A stretch of DNA of 63,772 bases, filler included, from Octopus bimaculoides (taxonomy: Eukaryota): the NCBI RefSeq assembly GCF_001194135.2. It is 4 parts of 4 records of this genome, joined end to end, with 100 filler letters (N's around TTAATTAATTAA, not from the genome) between each part and the next. Parts side by side here need not be neighbours in the genome. Positions count along the whole stretch, not along the records: positions 1 to 27,702 come from NC_068988.1; positions 27,803 to 45,523 come from NC_068991.1; 2 more parts are not named here. One strand, given 5' to 3'. The notes beneath the pieces are model-generated. The model had not been told where the DNA came from and did no database searches. It saw only the letters and a program-made list of their open reading frames with translations. Positions within the stretch are counted from its first letter, which is position 1. Each line of letters opens with the position of its first letter. The position numbers and the translations under genes were made by a program. This document shows positions 26,161 through 39,330 of the stretch, piece after piece.

Positions 26161-26385
26161 TTCTGAAATGTCTGTGAAGTAAGTAGCTTGCTTCCCAACC
26201 ACAAGGTTCTGGGTTTAGTCCCACTGCATGGCACCTTGGGCAAGTGCCTTCTACTATAGCATTGTGCATAGATTTGGTAGATGGAAACTGTTGTGCGTAT
26301 ATATATATATATNNNNNNNNNNNNNNNNNNNNNNNNNNNNNNNNNNNNNNNNNNNNNNNNNNNNNNNNNNNNNNNNNNNNNNNNN

Positions 26386-26460
26386 AACAAAAGACTGTTA
26401 CTCTGAGTTTCACGTTCCCGTTCATCGGGAACGTGAAACTCAGAGTAACAGTCTTTTGTT
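26386..26460. repeat. Perfect 35-bp-arm hairpin with 5-nt loop
   Basis: aacaaaagactgttactctgagtttcacgttcccg TTCAT cgggaacgtgaaactcagagtaacagtcttttgtt. Confidence 0.95.
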
Positions 26461-26555
26461 ATATTTCTGCTGCTTTTAAATAAAGCATATTACTCTACCT
26501 CTGGTATTTGAGTACTCTTTTTTCCACCTTGTTGCACATTTCATGTGCTTACTCC

Positions 26556-26618
<63 letters not shown>

Positions 26619-27702
26619 TTGTCTCCCACCACTACCACCACCACCACTTGACAACCAGTGTTGGTTTGTTTACATCCCTGTAACTTAACAGTTTGGCCAT
26701 TAGAGACTGATAAAATAAGTACCAGGTTTAAAAACAAAAACAAAAGTATCAGAGTTGATTCACTCAACTAAAAACCTTTCTAGGTCGTGCCCCAGCATGG
26801 CCACAGTCCATTGACTAAAACAAGTGAAAAAAAAACAAAAAATATTTTCTTTTCTTTACATTACTTTTGTCTATTCCGTTGGCCATTCCTTTGTCATTTA
26901 CTCTGGAGAATCTCTCTTTCAAAAGATAATAAAGGAACTGTCACTTGTTCATACCTTCCATTGGTGGCATAATAACATACGTGTATGTTGCCACTCACTG
27001 ACTTTGTTTCCTCCTGCTTGATAACTGGTGCTGGTTTGTTTACATCCCATAACTTACTGGTTTAGCAAAAGAAACTGATAGAATAAGTACCAGATTTTTA
27101 AAAAAGTTTACACATTTCTTCATTTATTCTTGCATGCCGTAATGATAATGGTAAGTTATAGTACTAATAACCATGCTACAGATAACACTGCAACCACCAC
27201 TGCTGCTGTCACCACCACCACCACCACCACCACCACTACTGTCATTGTTACTATTGTCACAGCCATCATCCACCTTCTCCACCAATGCCACTGTCATCAC
27301 CATAACCACCACTACAGCCACCACGACCACCACCAATACTACCACTACCACTGCCACCACCATCGTGATAACAACCACTACTACCACCTTCACCATAATC
27401 ATCACCACCATAACCATCGCTATAAACCCACCACTACCACCACCTTCACTGCAATCATCTTCTCCACATCCATTGCTCCGCCACCAACACCACCACCACT
27501 GCCCCCACTGTCATTCTGTCTTCATCATTGTTTGGGTCCAATACTCATTCCTTCACAATGTCTTCCAGAGAAACCGACCCCTTCCTCTGCCATCACCAAA
27601 ATTCTTCTCATAGTCAATCCAGTGTGACTGAGATCTTTTTAGGAAGTCCTCCTGCTCCTCCTCATCTTTTCCCTCTCCTCCTCCAGCACCATCAGCACCA
27701 GC

Positions 27703-27802
27703 NNNNNNNNNNNNNNNNNNNNNNNNNNNNNNNNNNNNNNNNNNNNTTAATTAATTAANNNNNNNNNNNNNNNNNNNNNNNNNNNNNNNNNNNNNNNNNN
27801 NN
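27703..27802. other. Artificial scaffold linker N44-TTAATTAATTAA-N44 (also 45524-45623 and 60322-60421)
   Basis: The same 100-nt pattern occurs three times; the 12-mer puts stops in all six frames. Confidence 0.92.
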
Positions 27803-28753
27803 ATTCATCTTCTCATGGTTGATAAAATAAATAACCTTTTAATAATGAGTTGTATCTAATCATGTATATTCATCCTCTATATATGAGGCCTGGTGCCTAT
27901 GTAATAAATCATCATATAGAAATAGGTGTCCTGCTAGCAGTGACGTAATAAATCGCATAATGGTGTTGTCTCATGGACTTTATCTCCTCTGCCATTTTGT
28001 TCAAATTCCATTTTATGTTTTTTTGTTTTTTTTTCACATTTACTAAAATTTAAGTCAAACGAATTCCTACACCATTCTTTCCATCTACTAATCACCAGTT
28101 ACACCATTAAATGTACTGTTGTTTCGCCTTCAGATCAAACCTGATTAAGTACACCTATAACCAAAGGCTATTACTGTCTCATTGTTTGTTTTCAGAGATC
28201 TAGGACTGCCTTGTTCAACGTGTCTTTTCTTTTTAAAAATGTTTGGGATGTTATTTGAGGGATATTTAGTTGCCATTTCTTGCAGGTCAAGTGACTGCAT
28301 CGTGGCTCCCTCGGTGTTGCACTGTATAGCTGGGTAAGGTGGGAATATGGAACTCCTGGTGAATGTACCTTTTTTTTCTTCTTTCTGGTTGTTAAGAAGC
28401 CATAATTTTTGCAAGAATTGTCTTCTTGAGTAATATTACTTGGCCAGAATAAGTCCATTGATTAGATGAAGAGAGGAAACAATTTCAATATAACCTCTTT
28501 CTGATTTCCGAACACTGCCACCAGTTCTCCAGTTATTAAACTGAGTGAAGAATAACTACCTGCCCTATTATGTGCTGGTTTAATGGAAAGTTGCATTGTT
28601 CATTCACATTCCACTATCTGAATACTACTTCCAGATAAACCATGATCAGACTAGATGAAGATGTGCGCTAGGTAAACAGTTGCAAAACATGTTATACTAA
28701 TGATATGGAGGGTTAGGAGGATTTAAATATATATATATATTCGTATGTATATA

Positions 28754-28969
28754 TATTTGTGGGTTAACAAGACAATCAATGGTTTCATTTGAAGATATCT
28801 TCATAATTGTTCAAGCATGCCACATGAAAGTATTTCTACTTATCTCCATTTTGGTTGAGAATTCTCAACCAAAATGGAGATGAGTACCTATACTTTCATG
28901 TGGCATGCTTAAACGGTTGTGAAGATCTCTTCACGTGAAACCATTGGTTGCCTTGTTAACTCACAAATA
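28754..28969. repeat. 216-bp spacerless palindrome centred on GAATTC (28859-28864)
   Basis: Exactly symmetric about 28861/28862; central ~38 bp perfect, outer arms with substitutions. Confidence 0.92.
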
Positions 28970-30252
28970 AACAATATTTATCCACCAATGCAGTGTTGGG
29001 CACTCATTTTCACTGTTCAACATTAGCATACATATATACACACACACACACACACATGCATTCAGTCAACACGAAAAGCAAATGAACACNNNNNNNNNNN
29101 NNNNNNNNNNNNNNNNNNNNNNNNNNNNNNNNNNNNNNNNNNNNNNNNNNNNNNNNNNNNNNNNNNNNNNNNNNNNNNNNNNNNNNNNNNNNNNNNNNNN
29201 NNNNNNNNNNNNNNNNNNNNNNNNNNNNNNNNNNNNNNNNNNNNNNNNNNNNNNNNNNNNNNNNNNNNNNNNNNNNNNNNNNNNNNNNNNNNNNNNNNNN
29301 NNNNNNNNNNNNNNNNNNNNNNNNNNNNNNNNNNNNNNNNNNNNNNNNNNNNNNNNNNNNNNNNNNNNNNNNNNNNNNNNNNNNNNNNNNNNNNNNNNNN
29401 NNNNNNNNNNNNNNNNAAACAATATTTATCCACCAATGCAGTGTTGGGCACTCATTTTCATTGTTCAACATTAGCATATATATATACACACACACACACA
29501 CACATGCATTCAGTCAACACGAAAAGCAAATGAACACAAGCACTAGACAATACTCCCACCGATAATTATAAGAAATACAAATACAATACCTCACATGAAA
29601 ATAACCTAAACAATGAAGCCAACTAAACAGTACCCAGTCAATAAATCTGAAGCACAAAGTAGTGAAAAAACATGCACTAAACCACACGCATACAGCGCAA
29701 TGGATATAAATTCACCATCAATACCAAGTTTCTATTTCTGCCTGAAAGTTGCAGTGACTTCAAACTTGAGTCATGAGATAAAATTTCAGTTTCAATAACA
29801 CCCACACACACACACACATCCTCTTCAACTTGTATTGATCACTCCTCTCTCATTCATCTGACATAAATCAACTTATGTACATTGTGTGTGTGTGTGTGTG
29901 TTACCTCAGGAGGTACACCTGAATTGGCAGAGAGTAAATGACATAAGTCTCCATTCTTAACCAGTCATAAAAGTAAAACCATGTATGCCAGAACCTTTCC
30001 ACCTTACATGGGAACTGCTGTACACAGTTTTCTTTCACTAAAAATCAGACGATAATTATTATGTACTTTATATTTTTTTTTAAGAAAAACATTGATCTTG
30101 ATATTAACCTTAAATAGAACATATTAAGGCTTATATGTGATAATAAATGTACATGGTCAACAACATTGATAATATTTAGTTTTAATCTGTAAATATTCTG
30201 ACCTAAAGCACTGCTATATATGTGTCTATATCTATTTATCAGTGTATATATA

Positions 30253-30292
<40 letters not shown>

Positions 30293-31529
30293 NNNNNNNN
30301 NNNNNNNNNNNNNNNNNNNNNNNNNNNNNNNNNNNNNNNNNNNNNNNNNNNNNNNNNNNNNNNNNNNNNNNNNNNNNNNNNNNNNNNNNNNNNNNNNNNN
30401 NNNNNNNNNTGTGCATGTGTGTGCGCTTGTGATGCTTTTTTTTTTAATCCTTCACCGTTTTGTTTCATATTTTAGTTTTAATTTTATTTTTCCCATTTAT
30501 CCCATTTATTAGAGGTTTCTGGGGTTTTTTGTTTGTTTGTTTTTTCTTGAGAGTTCTTTTGAAAATGTCTTTAATATTCCATTGATTATCTGTGATTGAC
30601 AATTTACATAACAGAAAAAATTTACTCAAATATATTTTTTTAATTTTAATTTTTCTGTTTTTTTAAAATTTCATTTTCCAATCTGTGTTCATTATGAAAA
30701 TATCAGGTAGTTGTATGTAAAATGTTTAGTGCAATATAAATATGAAAGTGATGCATGGAGTATGGATGTTATATCTCTCTCTCTCTCTCTCTCTCTCCCT
30801 CTCTCCCCCCCTCTCTCTCTCNNNNNNNNNNCTCTCCCTCTCCCTCTCCCCCTCTCCCTCTCCCTCTCTCTCTCTCACATATATCTTTTAACTTGATACT
30901 GTTAATTTTATGTTTTATTCCAGTGCTTTATCCTAGCACTCAAGTCATTTAAACTACAGACACACACTCACACAAACATGCACCTTCTAGTATATTATTG
31001 TTATTTGACTTATCAAACCTCTGTGAACGAAAGGTTAAGACAATTGTTGGTGTGATTTGAACTCTGGAAGAGAAGTATGGCATTTCAAATATAACGACCT
31101 GATATTTCTTGATTAGTCTACTTTTGACTTGGTTCAGCAAACATATATATACACACATATGCATATATATGTATATGTATATGAACAATTGAAGTTCATT
31201 TGGCTATTTGATAAAATGAAAAAAAAAGTGGATGATTTAATTGATAAAGCAATAAAATATTAAAACATGTATCTAATTGTGTTTGTTCACTTATTAAATT
31301 TTCTCTGTTTTGGATTTTTTTTCTCCTACTGGAACAGTTGTGTAATTTTGATAAAATAAAGAAAAAATATTCATGAATTTGTTATATAATAAATCATAGG
31401 CCTAAGAGCCAGAATGCAACTAAGGATTATTTTTCAAAAAATTATCAAATATTCAGTACATCTCATTGTAATATTAAAAAAAGAGTCTTGGGGGGAATAT
31501 TTAGTAGAGTTTACAAGATTCTGTTGTGT

Positions 31530-31762
31530 GTTAACAGACTAATTCTGTTGTATGTCAATGGATGGCAGTACATGGTTGTGTGCACAGTGAAAGCTAGCAG
31601 TGGCCTTAACGAGGCAGTGTGCTAAGTAACATCACTGTGTTTACTTTGCAAGTTGGGAAATTTGTATTTTTGTGATCACATGTATGCTGTAGTCTGCAAT
31701 TTTGTCATGGACAGAAAGTTGGAACAAAGAGCCAATGTGAAATTTTGCATTAAACTTGGAAA
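31530..31762 (+). mobile_element. Mariner 5' fragment
   Basis: ATG at 31707 gives MDRKLEQRANVKFCIKLG, a mariner transposase N-terminus; truncated by another repeat. Confidence 0.7.
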
Positions 31763-34391
31763 TGCAGCATTCAATGTAGCTGGACATTAAGGCTTAGCAC
31801 TGGGGTTGGATTAAAACACAGGACTTTATGATCAACCGCTAGCCACTAAGCTTTTTTTATTCTCTCTCTGTTTATTTTCTCGTGTTCCTTTCTGTTGAAG
31901 AGCGTAGGCTCAAAACGTAAAAGACTTTCTCACCTTCCCAAGCGTTAAACTAATACACCTGTTTGTTGTTTACATACCTGTCTTCGTCTTTAGCTTTTTT
32001 TTTTGTAAATTCAAACTATATATATTATAAAGGAGTACAAAAAATGGGACAGGAATGCAAAACATCCAGACAGATGATACAAAAAAGGGACAAGAAAAAA
32101 CAAGGATGGGTCATTCGAAGTTTTCTATCCTCAGTTGAGTTCCAGATTATCTTTGCAGTTTCAGCCGGTTATACTCGAGATTGCTCGAATATGGCCAGCC
32201 CCAAGAAAAAACTAAGCTAAGAGCACTAGATTCCTTGGAAGAAAGCAACGCAAACAAGGAAGGAAAAAAATGGAGAAATGGTACACAAATACAAATGCAA
32301 ATAACAGGACATAACAACATGTTTCTTTCGACGAAGGACGAAGTAAATTAAGCTGACGTATGTGGAAGTGAAGCCTTACGGTAGGGACATAAGAGATGAC
32401 AGGTATGGGGAGGAATACAGATGTTGCGCGGATGGTAGTCAAACCAAGAAAGAAAGGTCAGGCTTGACCAAGCACTGGTCACATGGAGAGAGAGGTAGAG
32501 GCAGAGGGAAAAGAGAATTGGGGAGGGATGAGAAAAAAAAAGAATAGGGACAGAGTGAAGTGAAAGAGGAGGGAAGGTGAGAATGAAGAGAAAGCCAGGA
32601 AATGTGAGAGAAGGGGAATGAAAGAAAGAAGAGTGGAAAGAACGAAGTAAGTGTGAAGGGGCTGGTAGAAAGAAAGAATGAAAGAATAAGAGAGTTGTAC
32701 TTACATATAAGAGACCAAAGTGTACATATGCCACCATATGTATATAAAAAGGAATACACCTTGTCTAAAATCATTGCCATTTCTCTCTGCCATTCATCAG
32801 TTATAAGGGCCACAGAGCAACTTCATTAATGCTCTGTGGTCTAATGAGAAAAGCTCTCTATAAATTTGTTGACATTAGAAAGGGACTCCAGTAGAAGAAA
32901 CTGCACCAAAAAATGACAGTTGAGCACAATGCAGTCCCCGCCAAGTGTTGGATCTTGTTGAACTGTCCAACCCATGCAAGCATGGAGAGTAGATGTCAGT
33001 GATGATGATGATATGTATGGGTAGCTGAAGAATGGTGGTATATCTTCTCAGAAGAGGAGCAATTATTCTGAAATAGATGTGTATGATGATTCTCATTTCC
33101 AAAAACAATATAATGTTTGTAGTGTACATTTGAGTAAAATTCCTCTCTCCCCTTTATTATATATATATATATATATATNNNNNNNNNNNNNNNNNNNNNN
33201 NNNNNNNNNNNNNNNNNNNNNNNNNNNNNNNNNNNNNNNNNNNNNNNNNNNNNNNNNNNNNNNNNNNNNNNNNNNNNNNNNNNNNNNNNNNNNNNNNNNN
33301 NNNNNNNNNNNNNNNNNNNNNNNNNNNNNNNNNNNNNNNNNNNNNNNNNNNNNNNNNNNNNNNNNNNNNNNNNNNNNNNNNNNNNNNNNNNNNNNNNNNN
33401 NNNNNNNNNNNNNNNNNNNNNNNNNNNNNNNNNNNGTGTCCACTTCTCTGATTGGTTGGTATCGGCACAATTTGTCTTTTACTCTGTTGTGCCATTTTGC
33501 AGCATATAACCAATCAGAACCTCTAAATAACATCACGTGTGACAGCCAGGTCTCAACCCAGTTTTGAGCCTACAGCTCCTTATAAAAAACCAGTTGACAC
33601 ATCCTGGTGTGCTGTGTGACTAAAGGGCTGGGTAGTCAAGAGGGCGTTTATTTGCGGTTATGTAGGCACCTAAGGCAATTAGCGAAAGCATGGTACGTTA
33701 CCAAATCATACTCACACGCTGGTTTTATTTTTCTTTTAATGGGTAATTTTATAGCGGCATTGTGTCCTGTACCTTAATGATTCAACAAACAGAGTTCGAC
33801 AAAATAAATACTAGATTGAAATACGTATTAGGGTTGATATGATTAACTAAGAAAAAGACTGAGATGGTACCCCCAGCTTGGTCGTAGTTCTATGACTGCA
33901 ACTAATAAAATAGACGACTGGATTATTGTAGTCCATCACTACTTGGAAACGACTGCATAAGAATGCCTTTATTATAGGTCTACTCGATTAAGTTTAGCTG
34001 TGGCTAAGAAACAAGAAATCGACATTAATACAATTAAAATAGAAAATGTTCGTGTGCCTTTCCATCACTTAACTGGTTAGGGGATTTTGTTATCTTTCTA
34101 AGAAAAAAGAAAGTAATTTACATAAAATTATATAATTTAAAAAATAAATAAACAGCGATGAACTTCACGTCCATATGGTAGAAACGTCTTGAATTCATTC
34201 AAATACTTCTCGAAGTTGTAGTACTTTTCAAATGTCGACAATGTATGGATAAATAACACTGGTAATTTATATTAATATCAAAAATAGTATGAGGAACATG
34301 TTTTAGGTTCTCACCGGATATAGTATTTTTGTACTCTCTTTCGGGAAGAGTTATGTTTATATTTCGCTTACCGTAAGAAGCTCGATAGACA

Positions 34392-34489
34392 ATGAAACTT
34401 AATTTGTCAAACACTTACAACGTGGAATTGCTGAAGTCTTTTAAGACTCAAGAAAGATTCAATGTTCTCAGAGTATCTACATTATTTAG
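34392..34489 (+). CDS. Exon 1 of uncharacterised beta-propeller protein (BBS7/BBS2/ITFG2-like): MKLNLSNTYNVELLKSFKTQERFNVLRVSTLF
   Basis: ATG at 34392, 98 nt open (32 codons + 2), donor AG|GTAAGT; phase matches exon 2. Confidence 0.78.
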
Positions 34490-35246
34490 GTAAGTGAACC
34501 ATTTATGGTATACTTGCACACGTGCGCTCCTCCCCGACTTAGTTCCCTCAAAACTTTCAGAAAATGGATATTTTTTTTTAATGAAATTTTCTACAAATAT
34601 CTTTCAGGTTACGTACATTATGGTTATATCTGAATTTAATGTGGAAAAAAAAGATAGTGGCCACGCACACATACATACTGATACGTCACAATCTTTTTCG
34701 AAATTTAAATATTCATTTTGTAGATATACGTGATGTATGTCTGTATACGTTCCCAACAGATATTTTTTTTTTTCAAATCAAATTCCAATATAATCGTAAT
34801 ATACACACTCTGAAAGGTATTTGTTGAATATTTCATTAAAACTTTTTGAGAGGAAACAAAGCCGACACGTGTGAATTTTTCGAAGTTCCTCCTAAGCCCC
34901 GGAAAAAAAATAATTAATTAATGGTTTTTAATGACTTTGTCCAATATGGAAGGTACCAATACCCTTAACCCATTTCAGAACGCCCAAGACAGGCCAGAGA
35001 GAGGGCGTTATCCTCAGTTCAAAGACCTAGCTAAATACTCGAAATAGGATGTTCTTCACTAATGACACCCAAGAGTTATATCGCAGTGATGAACTTAGTA
35101 GTGGATTAAGTCTCTTTCCAAGAACAGAAATAGTTTTTCTCTTTCTGTCCTTTCATATAATTTATTCTACTAAATTTCACTTGCAAGGCCTTGGTCAACT
35201 TGAGGCTATTAGTAGAAAACACTTGCCAAAGGTGTCATGTAGTTAG

Positions 35247-35302
35247 AAGTCTACTCAACCAAGTCTACTCAACCAAGTCTACTCTAACCAAGTCTACTCA
35301 AA
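35247..35302 (+). repeat. 14-bp minisatellite, ~4 units
   Basis: aagtctactcaacc repeated. Confidence 0.9.
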
Positions 35303-35520
35303 GCCTGACCTTCAGTATATAATGTACTGGAGGACTTTTGGGTGGAATTTTTGGGGGAAAAAGTGTGCCCTATATGCCAGAAAATATGGTATGTGTTTTA
35401 ACCAATCTTGTCTGCACTCATCATTTAGAAAGATAGACTTTGTCCTGAGTTAAAAAGGAATTAATATTAATTTATTATAACATATATATTTTACATGAGG
35501 AATCTTTACCTTTCTTTCAG

Positions 35521-35605
35521 TCAAGCTGGTTTGAAAATCATTGTTGGAGGTGAAGATGGAATTATACGGATATACGAGTTATCATCTGTGGATAATAAAC
35601 CGAAG
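35521..35605 (+). CDS. Exon 2 of beta-propeller gene: (S)QAGLKIIVGGEDGIIRIYELSSVDNKPK
   Basis: Acceptor ctttacctttctttcag|, 85 nt (1+84), donor AAG|GTAAG; WD-like IIVGGEDGIIRIY motif. Confidence 0.88.
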
Positions 35606-36804
35606 GTAAGTAGTTTAAGATATGTGAAATATTTTTTTAATGGTGGGTCTTGAAGTTTCTAAATGTTTATTATAAACACAGCTTACAATTTTTGCTACTA
35701 AGATCAAAGCTTCTAAAATAGTTGGAAAAACTTCAAATGGTTGCTTTGGTACAATAGTAGAATGTCTTGTATTTACAGAAGATGTAAGTTTGAGTCTCAC
35801 AGGCAGCTTTCAATTTTCTTCATCTAAGGGGTTTCTTTTTAACCAAATATTCTATGTGCTGTTAGTTATAGCTTTATGTACTTTTAAGTTCCATCATTAA
35901 AGAAAAAACGATCTATTTCATATCACTTGAAGTTTCTAAATTGTTATATATATATATATATAAATGATGATATATAAACATTTTTTATATACCCTTAAAC
36001 TATGCATTCCTTTCCATACTTGTGAAACTGTTATGACTAATGCAGTTTGGCTCAAACCATCAGCAAGAAAAAGTGTGCATGGACTTAACTAATGTGGTTA
36101 TCATTATACTAGCAATAGTGTGAACTTTACTAAAGGGGCCAGGTTTCAAAATTCAGTTTCCAATAAGACAAGTTTGTTTGCAGTTGTATATTGGTAAACG
36201 TTGTAAGTATCGTTGAGAAAATAGGAAAACCAGTGCTTTTTGACTTTTCAAAACAAAATTAGGAGAGATGTATGCATGTGTTGTATGTGAATGTGCATAT
36301 TTAATTGTTCTATAAAATAATTCCTGTTTGAGTAATTTCATTTAATTTGTTCTTTGTACCTTTTTCTAGTTGCAATGATTGACATCTTTCATTTGTGATG
36401 TTCCTTGGAATGTGGTGTGATTGGAACAGAAAACAACATTTCCCAACTGTTCTTGGTCACTTTTCTTTGTTGTTATTGTTCAGCTGTGGTTGAGTAAATT
36501 TCTGAACAAAGTGATTCCAGCTCTGAACATCTTGTCCTTCTCTGGGGAATACTTAATCCAAGAAATTGCCATGTGTCCACAGTAGGCTGTATGTCGAAAA
36601 GAGATTTAACTGCTATTTCTTGCCAGTTTGAGTGATTTACATATAGGTTCTCTCAATTGGTTTATTAAAGTGGTGTTTGTCACATTTTTTTTTTTTATTC
36701 AACACCAAATTGTAATTTGTAAAAATTAAACAAAGGAAAGTTGTACCTCTGAAATTAACAAACTTGGAAATTATTTGATTTCTTTTAAATATTTTCTTCC
36801 AAAG

Positions 36805-36994
36805 ATAATTCTGGAAACAAAAAGCGGTCCCATACAGAGCATGGTTGTTCATGATGTGACTAAATTCTATGATCAAGACTTAATAGTTGCCGATTCTTTG
36901 GGCATGTTAACTATCTTCTGTAACCAACAAATTCTCAGCCGACAGAAACTATCCAATGGTGCCATCAGTCATTTACAGATAAGGACCGATCAAA
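36805..36994 (+). CDS. Exon 3 of beta-propeller gene: IILETKSGPIQSMVVHDVTKFYDQDLIVADSLGMLTIFCNQQILSRQKLSNGAISHLQIRTDQ
   Basis: Acceptor attttcttccaaag|, 190 nt (63 codons + 1), donor A|GTAAG; lies within track ORF 36775-37017. Confidence 0.9.
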
Positions 36995-37022
36995 GTAAGG
37001 AAGTTTATTTTAAATGATTTTT

Positions 37023-37615
37023 CGGATCTTTTTTAAAACGGGGGCCACATTTTTCATTAACGAAACACTTTGAAACTTGGAACACTGGTAGAATGTGTCA
37101 TATAAAACACCTTTTTCTCTTAGTCTTCTTTAAAAAAAAAGAAATCCCTAAGTTATTCCATGTTAAAGTTGTCGTATTTCTGTAATTTCAACCAATCACT
37201 GACGTCCATTCAGCNNNNNNNNNNNNNNNNNNNNNNNNNNNNNNNNNNNNNNNNNNNNNNNNNNNNNNNNNNNNNNNNNNNNNNNNNNNNNNNNNNNNNC
37301 AAACGATTCTGAAACAATTCTATCGGTGTTAGGGTTAGGATAAAACAGCAAATTTAAAAAGAAAAAAGCAAATAAAACGAAGCTATGGCTTAATCAGCCA
37401 AAGGAGTAAATATAAACAACTGAATACTTGTCAGTGATTGGTTGAAATTATCAAAATAAGACAATTTTTTACATGAAATAAATTCGAATACAAAAATATT
37501 TTTCTGTTCTATAACACAAAATAGATAAGTATACGAAGTTTGAAAGTCTTTCGGTACCAAAAACACTACGTAAAACATTAATGAAAAATGTGGCCCCCGT
37601 TTTAAAAAAGATCCG
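37023..37615. mobile_element. Second copy of the 6-bp-TSD TIR family (TSD ATTTTT), opposite orientation, in intron 3 of the beta-propeller gene
   Basis: Perfect ~38-bp TIR cggatcttttttaaaacgggggccacatttttcattaa; ATTTTT at 37017-37022 and 37616-37621; interior homologous to 1822-2481. Confidence 0.85.
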
Positions 37616-38374
37616 ATTTTTCTAATATCTTAATAAATATTGAGTATTCATCATGATGATAATAAACAATTGATCAAGGTTCCATACAGTGGATTATTAA
37701 GGTCCAACCCATGTCAGCAAGGAATATGGATGTTAAATGATAATGATGAAGGCAGTGAACTGGTAGAATTGTAAGTGAATCAGACGAAATGCTTAAGGAG
37801 CATCTCTTCTAGCTCTTTACATCCTGAATTCAATTCATCCTTTTGGGGTCGATAAAATAAAGTACCAGTCCATGCAAGGTTCCAAATAAAGTACCTTTGC
37901 AAAACAATGTTTACCCATATGGCCATATCTAATTGCAGTTAAAATTAAGACAGAATAATTCATGCTTATCAATTGTTGTATTTATGTCTGTTCTTCCAGG
38001 CTGCTATTGCTTCGACACATCTGAAATAAAACATTATTTTGTTTTTCTACATAATGTATTACATGAAGTTAGGGTTAGAATTAAAAAAAAAAACAGTGTG
38101 TATTCTAATTATCAACATTATCATCATTTAATGTCTGTTATCCATGCTGGCATGGGTTGGATGTTGTGACCCGAGCTTGCTATATTTTCTTGACCTTGAG
38201 AGTTTGTCAGCTAAAACTAAAAATATTTTCACAAATGCACAATAGTTTATATCATATGCTGCAATAAATTAAGATTTAATTAATCTACACCAGTATTCTT
38301 CAAACAATTTTAATGGTATTCTCTAATGGGATTCTTTTTTTGTTTGTTTTTCTTTTGGTGATTCTTATCCTCAG

Positions 38375-38478
38375 CCGGTGATTTAGCCATTGTGACAAGT
38401 GATGAGTTTGGTATTGTCTGTGCCAGCAAAGTTTCAGAGGAACTATGGAAGATAAACCTTAATAACAAATGCACGAAG
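38375..38478 (+). CDS. Exon 4 of beta-propeller gene: (T)GDLAIVTSDEFGIVCASKVSEELWKINLNNKCTK
   Basis: Acceptor ttcttatcctcag|, 104 nt (2+102), donor AAG|GTAATG; phase fits exons 3 and 5. Confidence 0.87.
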
Positions 38479-39298
38479 GTAATGTATATATTTTCATCAC
38501 ATGAAAATATTATTATTATTATCATTATAAGGTAAACCAGGCAGAATCATTAGCATGTCAGATGAAATGCCACTATGCATTTTGTATTATCAAAGAAGGC
38601 ACTGTATTTTTCCTGTTTCAGCATTTATCCTACTTCAGTGCAGCTCTGCTAATTTTCCTTTTTGATGCATTGATGCAACTGAGATGATGCATCAATCAAT
38701 GTTTTGCTCTGTCTGACATTGGAGACCTCTCATCCATAGCTTATTCCTGAAAGCTCTATTTCCCTGCTACAAGTTGACTGGAAGTAAAGTTTGAACTCAG
38801 AACAAAGACTTTGAATTGTGATACAGATACTACAAGGTATCTTTCTGATGGCAAAGGATAAAAAACAAGAATGATCAGTAGATCGTTCTCATTTACCATT
38901 GTTCTAATGTACATTTTCTTAGTCTTTTCTGGGTAGGACGACAGACTGCAATACTGCAATGCAGGGAGATTAGCTGACAAAATGTCTTGTGGACATTTAC
39001 TTAGCTTTTTTTACATTCCGAGTTCAAATCCTGCTAAAGTCAATTTCACCTTTTTGTCCTTGCAGAGTTAATAAATTAAGTACAAGTCATGCAATGGATT
39101 GATAGAAACAAATTTATTTCCTTGTACCTATATTAGAAATCATTGTAATTGAAGCTCTTTATATTCTGAGTTCAAATCTCACCAAAGTCAACTTGGACTT
39201 TTATCTTTATGGGGTTGATAAATAAAGTACCACTTAAGTGCTGAGTTGATATAGCTGGTTTTTCCTCCCACCACAAATTTGTAACTGAAATCATCATA

Positions 39299-39330
<32 letters not shown>

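Noticed and set aside
27124-27758. Poly-T/H/P ORFs
   Set aside because: (CAC/CAT)n trinucleotide repeats open in several frames on both strands.
28145-28458. Two overlapping ~89-aa minus ORFs in unique sequence
   Set aside because: No recognisable motif or convincing splice sites; may be UTR or intergenic.
28915-28955. gtgaaga...gaaaccattggtt as hammerhead
   Set aside because: No CUGA core and no proper stem II between the motifs.
28969-29538. ~120-bp direct repeat either side of the gap 29090-29417
   Set aside because: Typical contig-end overlap across an N gap; probably an assembly duplicate.
34150-34391. RFX X-box supporting a ciliary role for the propeller gene
   Set aside because: No match to GTHNYY-AT-RRNAAC seen upstream of the ATG.
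35247-35302. Short direct repeats resembling CRISPR
   Set aside because: No spacers, 14-bp unit, eukaryotic intron, no cas genes.
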